64,000 bases of DNA from Candidatus Omnitrophota bacterium (GTDB lineage Bacteria > Omnitrophota > Gorgyraeia > VGKH01). The notes below the pieces were generated by a model that saw nothing but the letters and a program-made list of their open reading frames with translations, made no database searches and was not told the origin of the DNA. How positions within the stretch are numbered: the stretch's first letter is position 1; the number at the start of each line of letters is the position of its first letter. The stretch covers positions 96,480-160,479 of the forward strand of contig JAKLEP010000002.1 in the NCBI GenBank assembly GCA_022703055.1. Reading direction: 5' to 3'. Below are positions 55,481 to 64,000 of this stretch, piece by piece. The translations under genes and the position numbers were made by a program.

Positions 55481-57487
55481 TCAGATTTTCTTTAATTCTT
55501 TTATCTTATCCCTGATTTTGGCTGCTTTTTCAAATTGTAAGTTTCTTGCCGCCAATTCCATTTCGTATTCTAAACCAGAGATGATAGAATTAAATTCAAA
55601 TTCGTCGTCCGACTCGCCAGACGATTGCCTCACCAATCCTTCCGCCTCTTCCAACTCTTCGATTCCGTCTCGAATCGCCTTCTTGATCGACTGGGGAGTA
55701 ATTTTATTCTTTTGATTAAATTCGACTTGTTTTTCTCTGCGACGCTGGCTCTCCTGGATAGCCTTTCTCATAGAATCAGTTATTGTGTCAGCGTACATAA
55801 TTACCTGGCCGTTAATATTTCTTGCGGCTCTACCTGCAACTTGGATTAACGATGTCTGAGATCTTAAAAAACCTTCTTTATCGGCATCTAAAATCGCGAC
55901 CAGCGATACTTCGGGCAAATCCAGGCCCTCGCGTAAAAGATTAATGCCGACGAGACAATCAAATTTTCCCTGGCGAAGTTCCTTTAAAATCTTGGTGCGT
56001 TCAATGGTCTCGATTTCCGAATGAAGATAACGCGCCTTTAATCCTTTATCCTGCAGGAAACTCGATAAATCCTCGGCCATTCTTTTAGTAAGAGTTGTCA
56101 CAAGTACTCTTTCTTTTCTATCTGAGCGCTCTTTAATCCTGTCCGCTAAATCTTCAATTTGGCCTGCTGTTGGCTTGATAATTATCTCGGGATCCACCAA
56201 ACCGGTAGGACGAATAATCTGTTCAATCACTCTTCCTCTAGACTTCTTAATTTCATAATCTGAAGGCGTAGCCGAAACAAAGATTATCTGTTTGGTCAGT
56301 TTCTCAAATTCGCTAAATTTTAATGGACGATTGTCCAAACAAGATGGCAGCCTAAAGCCGAATTCTACCAGCGTTTGTTTTCTGGCCTTATCCCCCTCAT
56401 ACATCCCGTTTAATTGCGGGATAGTTACGTGCGATTCATCAATTATGGTTAAGAAATCATCTGGAAAATAATCGACAAGACAGAACGGGCGAGAGCCAGG
56501 TTCTCGTCCAGACAAATGCCGCGAATAATTCTCAATCCCGTGGCAATAACCAATCTCTCTCAACATTTCCATATCATAATTTGTACGCTGCAGGATTCTC
56601 TGTGCTTCAAGAAGTTTTCCTTGCGATTGTAATAATTTTATTCTATCATCCAATTCCCATTTGATAGATTTCAAGGCCTCTTCTATCCTGTCCTTAGAGA
56701 TAAGGAAGTGCTTCGCTGGATAAATAGCGACTTTTTCTAAGCGATTAATTTCCTTTCCGGTAAGCGGATTAATCTCGATAATCTTCTCAATCTTATCGTC
56801 TAAAAATTCAATTCTTAGCGCTGTTTCTTTATAAGCGGGAAAAACTTCCAAGACGTCTCCGCGCACCCTGAGCTTCCCTCTTGTGAATTCGTAATCATTT
56901 CTTTCATACTGAATCTCTACAAGCCTTGCTATGATGTCGTCTCGGTTTACTTTCTGATTCCTTTCCAGAAAAACCAATAACGCCTTATATTCTTCCGGAG
57001 AACCGAGATTGTAAATGCAGGATACGGAAGCCACAATGACTACATCCCGACGGGACATAAGCGAGCTGGTCGAAGAAAGCCTTAAGCGATCCAGTCTATC
57101 ATTGATCGAAGAATCTTTTTCGATATAGGTATCGGTCTGCGGGATATATGCCTCTGGCTGGTAATAATCATAATAGCTAACAAAATATTCCACGGCATTT
57201 TCGGGGAAAAACTCTCTAAACTCGCTATAAAGCTGAGCTGCCAAAGTCTTATTATGGGAAATAACTAAGGCGGGTTTATTTATTTTTGCGATAACATTAG
57301 CCAAGGTAAAAGTCTTGCCGCTACCCGTAACTCCTAATAAAACAAGATTCTTTTCATCACTATTTACTGCGCGAATTAAATGCTCTATCGCCTGGGGCTG
57401 ATCGCCTTTAGGCTTAAAAGATGATTTGATTTTAAATTTGTCCAATTTATTCCTTAAAGAGTTAGATAATTTTGAGGGAAAAATCAA
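55481..57487 (-). CDS. uvrB: Excinuclease ABC subunit B
   Basis: 668 aa. Walker A GVTGSGKT, helicase motifs, a beta-hairpin region and the C-terminal UVR domain ([22 protein letters not shown]). Confidence 0.98.
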   Translation of the reverse strand: MIFPSKLSNSLRNKLDKFKIKSSFKPKGDQPQAIEHLIRAVNSDEKNLVLLGVTGSGKTFTLANVIAKINKPALVISHNKTLAAQLYSEFREFFPENAVEYFVSYYDYYQPEAYIPQTDTYIEKDSSINDRLDRLRLSSTSSLMSRRDVVIVASVSCIYNLGSPEEYKALLVFLERNQKVNRDDIIARLVEIQYERNDYEFTRGKLRVRGDVLEVFPAYKETALRIEFLDDKIEKIIEINPLTGKEINRLEKVAIYPAKHFLISKDRIEEALKSIKWELDDRIKLLQSQGKLLEAQRILQRTNYDMEMLREIGYCHGIENYSRHLSGREPGSRPFCLVDYFPDDFLTIIDESHVTIPQLNGMYEGDKARKQTLVEFGFRLPSCLDNRPLKFSEFEKLTKQIIFVSATPSDYEIKKSRGRVIEQIIRPTGLVDPEIIIKPTAGQIEDLADRIKERSDRKERVLVTTLTKRMAEDLSSFLQDKGLKARYLHSEIETIERTKILKELRQGKFDCLVGINLLREGLDLPEVSLVAILDADKEGFLRSQTSLIQVAGRAARNINGQVIMYADTITDSMRKAIQESQRRREKQVEFNQKNKITPQSIKKAIRDGIEELEEAEGLVRQSSGESDDEFEFNSIISGLEYEMELAARNLQFEKAAKIRDKIKELKKI

Positions 57488-58295
57488 CCGAACTTGCAGA
57501 ATGGGTTAGCGCTCCGACGGAGATTCTCTCAACGCCCACTGCAGCGTAAGAACGCACGTTTTTAAGATCGATATTTCCTGAAACTTCCAATTGATGATGG
57601 AAATTCAGACTTTTTCTGATTTTAACTATTCTTTTTACTTCGCTTGGTGTCATATTATCCAAAAGAATTATGTCGGGGCAAGCCAAGGCCGCATCCCGAT
57701 ATTCTTTTATATTCTTAACTTCAATTTCTATTTTTGCCTTTTTCGGTCTCTTGGTTTTAGCGATCTTCACGACATCTCTTAATCTTAAACCTTTTAGGAC
57801 GCTTAAATGATTATCTTTAATAAGAACCATATCCCGAAGACCTTTTCGATGATTGCATCCTCCTCCGCATCTGACGGCATATTTTTCCAAAATGCGCATT
57901 CCCGGAAGAGTCTTTCTGGTATCGTAGATTTTCGCCTTATAGGACTTAACTACACTGACGAATTTTCTAGTCTCTGTGGCAACGCCAGAAAGATGCCCCA
58001 AGAAATTCAAGGCGGTACGTTCGGTCTTGAGTATTGATCTGGCTTTTCCGCTCAAAGAAATTATCTGGGAATTATTTTTAACTAAATCACCGTCTTTTAC
58101 ATAAGATTTAAACTTTATATTTTTGTCTATTGTCCTAAAGACATCTCTGACTAAGAAAATACCGCAGACAACCGCCTTCTGCTTAACAATAATTGAAGCT
58201 TTTACCTTCTTCTCTTCGGGAATAATGATATCTGTGGTGGTATCTTTCTTGGCACAATCCTCTTTCAATGCTTCTTTTACTATGCCGCTAAACAC
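57462..58295 (-). CDS. nadC: Nicotinate-nucleotide pyrophosphorylase (quinolinate phosphoribosyltransferase)
   Basis: 277 aa. [23 protein letters not shown] and LDNM motifs. Its 3' end overlaps the uvrB start by 26 nt. Confidence 0.92.
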   Translation of the reverse strand: MFSGIVKEALKEDCAKKDTTTDIIIPEEKKVKASIIVKQKAVVCGIFLVRDVFRTIDKNIKFKSYVKDGDLVKNNSQIISLSGKARSILKTERTALNFLGHLSGVATETRKFVSVVKSYKAKIYDTRKTLPGMRILEKYAVRCGGGCNHRKGLRDMVLIKDNHLSVLKGLRLRDVVKIAKTKRPKKAKIEIEVKNIKEYRDAALACPDIILLDNMTPSEVKRIVKIRKSLNFHHQLEVSGNIDLKNVRSYAAVGVERISVGALTHSASSVDFSLKII

Positions 58296-58372
58296 TTACT
58301 ATCTCCTTTTTAAAATAAACTATTCAGTATTTTGTTAATACAGGCGGGTAAATAAACTTTTGTAGAAGGAAA

Positions 58373-58765
58373 TTAACGATTGCTTACGATATCTCTCTTC
58401 CAGGATTCGTAAAAATGGTCGAGGAGCTCGTATTTATCTTCGTTATTGATATCAACGAGCCTGCCGCCATACCGGTAATTCCCGTCTTTAAAACTTGACC
58501 AGACTATCTGAATTACCGAGTGTATTTCTCTGTTTATATCGGGATAATTAATAACCACGTCTAGCCTGGAATTATCCTCGATACGGTTCTGGGAAATAAT
58601 CGAAGCACCTTTTCGGCTTATATTTGTTAATTGACCGTTAAATCTTCCTTCTTCTTTGCAGGCAACTGTGCAACAATTGTCCTTCGGGCAATCAATCCTA
58701 GGAAACACTCTTCTTTCTTCCATAGGCCTTGCTCCTTTTTTAAATATATTAAGAAAGTTTGCCAA
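58373..58765 (-). CDS. PilZ-domain protein
   Basis: 130 aa. RRVFPR ... (D/N)xSxxG-type motif (LTNISRKGASI). Overlaps the glgC 3' end by 17 nt. Confidence 0.7.
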   Translation of the reverse strand: MANFLNIFKKGARPMEERRVFPRIDCPKDNCCTVACKEEGRFNGQLTNISRKGASIISQNRIEDNSRLDVVINYPDINREIHSVIQIVWSSFKDGNYRYGGRLVDINNEDKYELLDHFYESWKRDIVSNR

Positions 58766-59978
58766 TTTCTTCCCTCTTTGCTACGACGGTTATCCCGCCC
58801 TCGGTTACATGAAAACGCTTCTTATCTGCCTCTATATTATACCCTATTTCTTCGTGTTGTGGAATCCTTACTTCCTTATCGATAATCGCCCTTCTTATCT
58901 TGGAATATCTACCGACATCGACACCTTCCATAATAATCGAATCTTCAACCGTTGTGTAGCTATTGACTCTCACGTTGGGCGAAAGTATGGAACGATAAAT
59001 CTTGCCGCCGCTGACCACGACTCCTTGAGAAAGAAGCGACTGTACAACTTCGCCTTTTCTCGAAGGCTCCAATGAACCATCGTAAACAGTTTTTGCCGGA
59101 GGAAATTGCTCCTCGTAAGTTCGGATCGGCCATTGTTTATCATAAAGGTCGAATTCCGGAGTCACATTAACCAGGTCCATATTGGCCTCGTAATAGGCAT
59201 CCAGCGTCCCGATATCTCGCCAATAAGCTCCGTATTTTTCGTATTTGTTAAAATCATAAGCAAAAACCTTGAATTCTTTATAGATATTGGGGATAACGTC
59301 TTTGCCGAAATCATGCTGGGACTGCCTCTGAGAATCTTCGGTCAGGATCTTCTTTAAGAACTCAGTCTTGGCAAGATAAATTCCCATCGAGGCATAAAAA
59401 TGATTTGGGGCGTCTTCGATGGTCTTCGGATGCTTAGGTTTCTCGGCAAAACCGACAAGCCTACCGTCTCCGTCCATCTCGCAAACTCCCAATTCTTTTG
59501 ATTTTTCAATCGGCATTCTCACCAGGCCAATAGTGAAATCGGCGTTTTTCTCAAGGTGAAATTTAAACATATTGCCATAATTCATCTTATAGATATGGTC
59601 GCCGGCTAGAATCAAAACATATTCCGGTTTATCGTTTTGTATAACATGGAAATTTTGATAGATGGCATCGGCTGTCCCTTTATACCAACTCTCGTCCACT
59701 CTCTGCTGAGCGGGAATGGTATCGATGAAATTTCCTACTTGCGGGTCAAATATATTCCATCCCATTCTTATATGCCGATCTAGAGACATAGAGCGGTACT
59801 GGGTAAGAACATGGACTCGATGAAATCCTGAATTAAGGCAATTGGAAAGAGTAAAATCGATTATACGGTAGATTCCCCCGAAAGGTACCGCCGGCTTTGC
59901 CCTGTCTCTAGTCAAAGGGAACAGGCGCTGCCCTTTTCCGCCGCACATAATAAAAGTAAGAACATCCTGGTAATGCAT
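58749..59978 (-). CDS. glgC: Glucose-1-phosphate adenylyltransferase
   Basis: 409 aa. GGKGQRLFPLTRDRAKPAVPFGG N-terminal motif and a left-handed beta-helix C-terminus. Confidence 0.93.
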   Translation of the reverse strand: MHYQDVLTFIMCGGKGQRLFPLTRDRAKPAVPFGGIYRIIDFTLSNCLNSGFHRVHVLTQYRSMSLDRHIRMGWNIFDPQVGNFIDTIPAQQRVDESWYKGTADAIYQNFHVIQNDKPEYVLILAGDHIYKMNYGNMFKFHLEKNADFTIGLVRMPIEKSKELGVCEMDGDGRLVGFAEKPKHPKTIEDAPNHFYASMGIYLAKTEFLKKILTEDSQRQSQHDFGKDVIPNIYKEFKVFAYDFNKYEKYGAYWRDIGTLDAYYEANMDLVNVTPEFDLYDKQWPIRTYEEQFPPAKTVYDGSLEPSRKGEVVQSLLSQGVVVSGGKIYRSILSPNVRVNSYTTVEDSIIMEGVDVGRYSKIRRAIIDKEVRIPQHEEIGYNIEADKKRFHVTEGGITVVAKREEIGKLS

Positions 59979-59979
59979 A

Positions 59980-61557
59980 TTATTTATAGACCCTGTAATC
60001 TATTTCTTTAAAAAGATTATACTGGTTAATCCTGCGACCAAGCCACCCCATATCAAGTTTATTATACTTAATCATTTCATATAATTTATTGAATGAATCG
60101 ATGTGATCTTTTATCCTCTGGCAGGCATACTGGCTAAAAATATTAGTCTTCATCATGAATGGCCAGTCGCTGGATTGGGCTAAAAGCAATTCTCTCGCTA
60201 AATGATTCAGGGCTTCTTTCAAATCGCCGCTAGCGTGAGGAAATTCGTGGGTAAGTTCGGTCATTCTCTCGACCATCATATGCAGATGCGGATAAATCCA
60301 GTCATTGGAGCCTTCAAGCCAAACTTCGGAATATCCCTTCCAACCCCAGCTTGAAAGCGATGGGTTAATAATCTGAAATTTATCGTACAACTTTAAATAT
60401 CCCATGGGCGTAATTAACTTAAAGACCTTCTGGTCATAACAGACTTTCCTTATAACAAAATTAAGCCAATCAACTCCTTCAAACCACCAATGGCCATAGA
60501 GTTCGGCATCATAAGGAGCAACAATAATCGGTTTTCTTCCTAATTTCCCATAAAGATGTTCAATCTGCTTCTCGCGGTTAAACATAAAATTTCCGGCGTG
60601 GGCGGATGCCGTTTCTCTGGCAGCGTCCGGATCATAAAGATCTTTATAATCTGACCTACCGGTAATCTTGTGATATTTGATGCCGATATTCATCCTTCCG
60701 TCGCCATTTAGATAAGGTTTTACGTAATCTAAATCCAAATCGTAACCAATATCACGATAAAATTCTCGGTAATTATAATCTCCCGGATATCCCTCTTCAG
60801 CGCTCCATACGGCTTTGGAAGTTTCAATATCTCTGGCAAATGCAGCTACTCCCGATTTGCAATAATAAGGATTATAAACTCCGAACCTAGGGCGAGGCTC
60901 AGCAAATAAAACTCCATGCACATCGACGATAAAAAACCTTAAGCCAAATTCTTTTAAAATGCTGTCTAACCCGGGGTAATAACCGCATTCGGGAAGCCAA
61001 ATTCCTCGGGGGGCGTGCCCAAAAACTCTTTTGTAAGTATCAACTGCAATTTTAACCTGGGACCTCACTGCCTGAGGATACATCTCCATAAGCGGCAGGA
61101 ATCCATGAGTGCCGGCGCAAATCATAAATTCAACTTTACCGCTTTGATCTAATTTTCTAAATGCTTCAAGCAGCCGGCAATGATATTTTTCGGCATAGAT
61201 GTATAGCGCCTCTTTGAACAAATTGTTATACATGTGCGCCAGGCGGTTAAGCCTTGCATCAAATTTTGTGCGCTCAATCTCTTTATAAGAAAGATCAAGC
61301 AACGCCTCGAGCCTTCTTTTGTATCTTGCATTGAGAAGCTCATCTTCCATCATGGCGATGAGCGTAGGGCTTAAAGAAATGGTGATGGCAAAATCAACAT
61401 TGTCATTGAGCAAGCTTTCTAGCATCTTGATCAAAGGAATATAAGTCTCGGTAATTCCTTCGAAAAACCAGCTCTCTTCTAGAAATTGCTCATGTTCGGG
61501 ATGCCTGACAAAAGGAAGGTGAGCATGTAAGATAAAAGATAGATATCCCTTTTCCAT
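59980..61557 (-). CDS. GH57-family 1,4-alpha-glucan branching enzyme
   Basis: 525 aa. YLSFILHAHLPFVRHPE start, WLPECGY and the C-terminal helical domain typical of GH57 GlgB-type enzymes. Confidence 0.85.
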   Translation of the reverse strand: MEKGYLSFILHAHLPFVRHPEHEQFLEESWFFEGITETYIPLIKMLESLLNDNVDFAITISLSPTLIAMMEDELLNARYKRRLEALLDLSYKEIERTKFDARLNRLAHMYNNLFKEALYIYAEKYHCRLLEAFRKLDQSGKVEFMICAGTHGFLPLMEMYPQAVRSQVKIAVDTYKRVFGHAPRGIWLPECGYYPGLDSILKEFGLRFFIVDVHGVLFAEPRPRFGVYNPYYCKSGVAAFARDIETSKAVWSAEEGYPGDYNYREFYRDIGYDLDLDYVKPYLNGDGRMNIGIKYHKITGRSDYKDLYDPDAARETASAHAGNFMFNREKQIEHLYGKLGRKPIIVAPYDAELYGHWWFEGVDWLNFVIRKVCYDQKVFKLITPMGYLKLYDKFQIINPSLSSWGWKGYSEVWLEGSNDWIYPHLHMMVERMTELTHEFPHASGDLKEALNHLARELLLAQSSDWPFMMKTNIFSQYACQRIKDHIDSFNKLYEMIKYNKLDMGWLGRRINQYNLFKEIDYRVYK

Positions 61558-61567
61558 TTAGATTTTT

Positions 61568-62245
61568 TTACCTTTTCTGTTGTAGGATGTGGCTTGAGAG
61601 GCTAAATATAGCTCCTGAAGAAATCCACTCTTCCAGTCTCTTCTTGAAAAGTTCCTTCATCTCCATAGAGCTTTTGCCGATACCAAATCCGCCGGATACG
61701 CCGAAGAGCCAGTAATACTCTTCATCGGAAAGCATCCATTCTGCGTCTAACACGTCTGACATGCCGAACCGCGGGGTACTGATGATGTTTGACCTAGCTA
61801 AAGTATAGAAACCGCCTTCTTTACTAACCATGCCGATCTCGATGCACCAGCGTTTTGCCGGAGCGCCGACATCGATATACCAATTCCTAGCCAAATCTTT
61901 TAAAGAAATATCGAAATAACTTTTTGCGTTAGAGCCGTTAAAATTAGGCACGCCGGTTATATCGTAAATCCTAAGCACTGAGCGATCAAAATTCTGGCCA
62001 GCCTGCCTTATTTTATTCCTGACGGAGTTCTCATTTTCCGGAGTGATTTCCCAGTAGGCAAAAACCCACCAGGGGTCTCTAACCATAGCAATGATTCTAT
62101 CTTTGTTATACGCTGACGGAAGATTAATCTGTCTTGTTAAATGCTCTTCCATGGATGGGTGAGAAAACTTAGTAGTCTCCTGACGTATTTGTTCTTGAGT
62201 TAATGTCTTTTTATTGTTGTTTTTATTATTTGCCATTTCAACCAC
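61568..62245 (-). CDS. DUF4912-domain protein
   Basis: 225 aa. The RDPWWVFAYWEITPE pattern is common in GH57 glycogen clusters. Confidence 0.6.
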   Translation of the reverse strand: MVEMANNKNNNKKTLTQEQIRQETTKFSHPSMEEHLTRQINLPSAYNKDRIIAMVRDPWWVFAYWEITPENENSVRNKIRQAGQNFDRSVLRIYDITGVPNFNGSNAKSYFDISLKDLARNWYIDVGAPAKRWCIEIGMVSKEGGFYTLARSNIISTPRFGMSDVLDAEWMLSDEEYYWLFGVSGGFGIGKSSMEMKELFKKRLEEWISSGAIFSLSSHILQQKR

Positions 62246-62276
62246 CCCCCCAAACCGTTATTTATTATATATCTAT

Positions 62277-64000
62277 TTAAGTGAATTGCAAATTAATTTT
62301 TGTGTCCCAACTTCTTGGCGCTAAAGGAGTTATTTTCCACCTTGTAAAAATACAAGAACATTGATAATTAAGCTCATATGCCCTCTCTGACTGCGACACA
62401 GTCTCAATCGGAAAATACCAAAGACTGTCAGGCTGATTGTCAAATTTAAATTTTAAACCAATTTCCTTGCCAGAGTCGGAAACTCCAAAATTGGACAAGC
62501 CAAAGACGCTTCCAGACGTACCTAATCCGGAAAGATTCTTATTGTCGGAAAAATAATTATACCTATCAGAATTTAAAGACGGCATGGTGATATTAAATTC
62601 TAATCCCAAAGCGATATTTTGTGCAATTGAGCCGAAAATATCGACGCTAATAATGAATTCTAATTCTTTTTCGGATTTTATTTTGATTTGTTTTGCTAGT
62701 TTTAATTTTGAGCCCAAAACTTCTGATGTGCGCTCCAAAACTACCGTATCTTTCTTTTTGGCTATCTTGTATTCGGCAGAAGAAAAATCTCCCAGCTCTG
62801 CATACGCAGAATGGATAAACTCTTCCATGTTCAAATCCTCTTTCAGGAAAAATGTTCTTAAACAATATCGCGGAAATTTATCATAAATTATTTTTTTCTT
62901 TAATATCGGCTTTACTTCTCGAAAATCATCATGAATAGTTTTGATGCCTTCATCGTGCTTCTCTCCCATGGACTCTAAGATTTTCTTATGGTAGACCTCC
63001 TCTTTGCGGGAAAGAGTATTGATAAGATTTAAGGATAACGGCCTGTAATCAAGCTCTTTTAAAACTCCGCCATGAGTGTCTAGATTAAGCGAAAATGTCT
63101 TGTTTTCAACTATGATTTTCTTTTTACCGTCGAGATTAAAATCTACTTCTTTTATATTGAGCCAATGATTATCTTTTTTATGTAAGATTTCATCAGCAAT
63201 CTTATCAGCAGTAATCAGATGGTTATAAATAGCGTTTCTTAAATGGAACAAATAAAGCCCTCCGAACACCCCGTGCCAATATCCGCAGTTGCATTGCCCT
63301 TTATATAATTCTTTGGTGGCCTCTTTTAATTTCGCTGAATCGCTTTTAGTCGCCTTCTTTTGTAAGACGGCAATTTTTTCACTGACGTAAACCATCTTTT
63401 TATGCATTTGGTTGGTTTCGGGATACTTATTGAGGAAATTCATCCAAGAACCTCCCGACCATTCCATCATCTCTTCGTAAGATCCTTGAGGTATTTCTAT
63501 CGTACCGATGGCTTCATTATTTTTATAATAATCAGATAGCTTAATTAAATTTATCCAGTCTCTATTTTGCAGGAGAACTTCAAAAAACCCTTTTAACCAC
63601 TTTTCTTCAAAGACCCATTTATGGGTACCGGGCCACTCTCCGAATTTCTCTCCATCGTCACCATAAGTAAAAAGAAGATTCTCTCTGTATCTTGATTCAT
63701 TCTTAAAATAATCTATCGTTTCATGATGCAGCTTAAACGGCATGGTATAACGAAGCGTCTTATCCGACGGGAAAATCGCAATCTTTTTGGTGCCCTTGCC
63801 GGTTAAGAAATAACCGTGCAGGTCTTCCTTTTTTAATCCCGCCCTTAAAAAATGGGTGTCATCTAAAATTGAATATTTTATTCCCGACTCATTAATCGGT
63901 TTGGTTAGCTCCGGCTGCCAGACGCGCTCGGGAATCCACATCCCTTGTGGTTTTGCGCCAAATCTGTTTTTGATATAATCCGACATCATATTGATTTGGC
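62277..64000 (-). CDS. GH57-family alpha-glucan-active enzyme (4-alpha-glucanotransferase/amylopullulanase-like), 5' end outside window
   Basis: The frame stays open to the window edge. GMWIPERVWQPEL and DDGEKFGEWPGT motifs of the GH57 catalytic domain are present. Confidence 0.8.
   Translation of the reverse strand, partial: QINMMSDYIKNRFGAKPQGMWIPERVWQPELTKPINESGIKYSILDDTHFLRAGLKKEDLHGYFLTGKGTKKIAIFPSDKTLRYTMPFKLHHETIDYFKNESRYRENLLFTYGDDGEKFGEWPGTHKWVFEEKWLKGFFEVLLQNRDWINLIKLSDYYKNNEAIGTIEIPQGSYEEMMEWSGGSWMNFLNKYPETNQMHKKMVYVSEKIAVLQKKATKSDSAKLKEATKELYKGQCNCGYWHGVFGGLYLFHLRNAIYNHLITADKIADEILHKKDNHWLNIKEVDFNLDGKKKIIVENKTFSLNLDTHGGVLKELDYRPLSLNLINTLSRKEEVYHKKILESMGEKHDEGIKTIHDDFREVKPILKKKIIYDKFPRYCLRTFFLKEDLNMEEFIHSAYAELGDFSSAEYKIAKKKDTVVLERTSEVLGSKLKLAKQIKIKSEKELEFIISVDIFGSIAQNIALGLEFNITMPSLNSDRYNYFSDNKNLSGLGTSGSVFGLSNFGVSDSGKEIGLKFKFDNQPDSLWYFPIETVSQSERAYELNYQCSCIFTRWKITPLAPRSWDTKINLQFT

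Overview
A 64-kb, AT-rich bacterial chromosomal segment, almost entirely coding and mostly on the minus strand; the taxon cannot be assigned from sequence alone. From left to right there are five regions. (1) 34-11105: a co-directional nitrogen-assimilation supercluster (gltB, Fis-type HTH, glnA, P-II, amtB, sigma factor, gdhA, nadE). Terminator-like hairpins sit directly in front of the amtB, glnA and gdhA ribosome-binding sites. (2) 11-24 kb: envelope, metal and transport genes, including a 1256-aa surface protein, an NSS transporter with a MetS-like mini-subunit, and mscL. (3) 24-36 kb: radical-SAM, glycan and efflux genes, including MacB-MacA-TolC. (4) 36171-54621: an integrative element of about 18.4 kb in the 3' end of tRNA-Asn(GTT), bounded by a 9-bp direct repeat, TGGCTCCCC. 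It carries a large serine recombinase, an excisionase-type HTH, a prim-pol/SF3-helicase replication protein and three separate iteron-like repeat clusters. It also carries a seven-gene, tightly coupled defence cargo: an ABC-type ATPase with a small Toprim-like protein, an MmeI-like type IIL enzyme, a NurA-like nuclease, a HerA-like ATPase, a second N6/N4 methyltransferase, and a reader-DUF262-HNH protein. (5) 54.7-64 kb: housekeeping genes coaX, uvrB and nadC, plus a glycogen cluster (PilZ, glgC, two GH57 genes, DUF4912). There are two headline observations. First, the att core lies inside the recombinase ORF, so integration splits the gene; the excised circle would restore an in-frame 680-codon ORF with an extra HTH domain. 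Second, a NurA-HerA pair is translationally coupled between two methyltransferase genes, and I do not recognise this as a named defence system. All domain calls come from motifs read by eye; no database search was possible.
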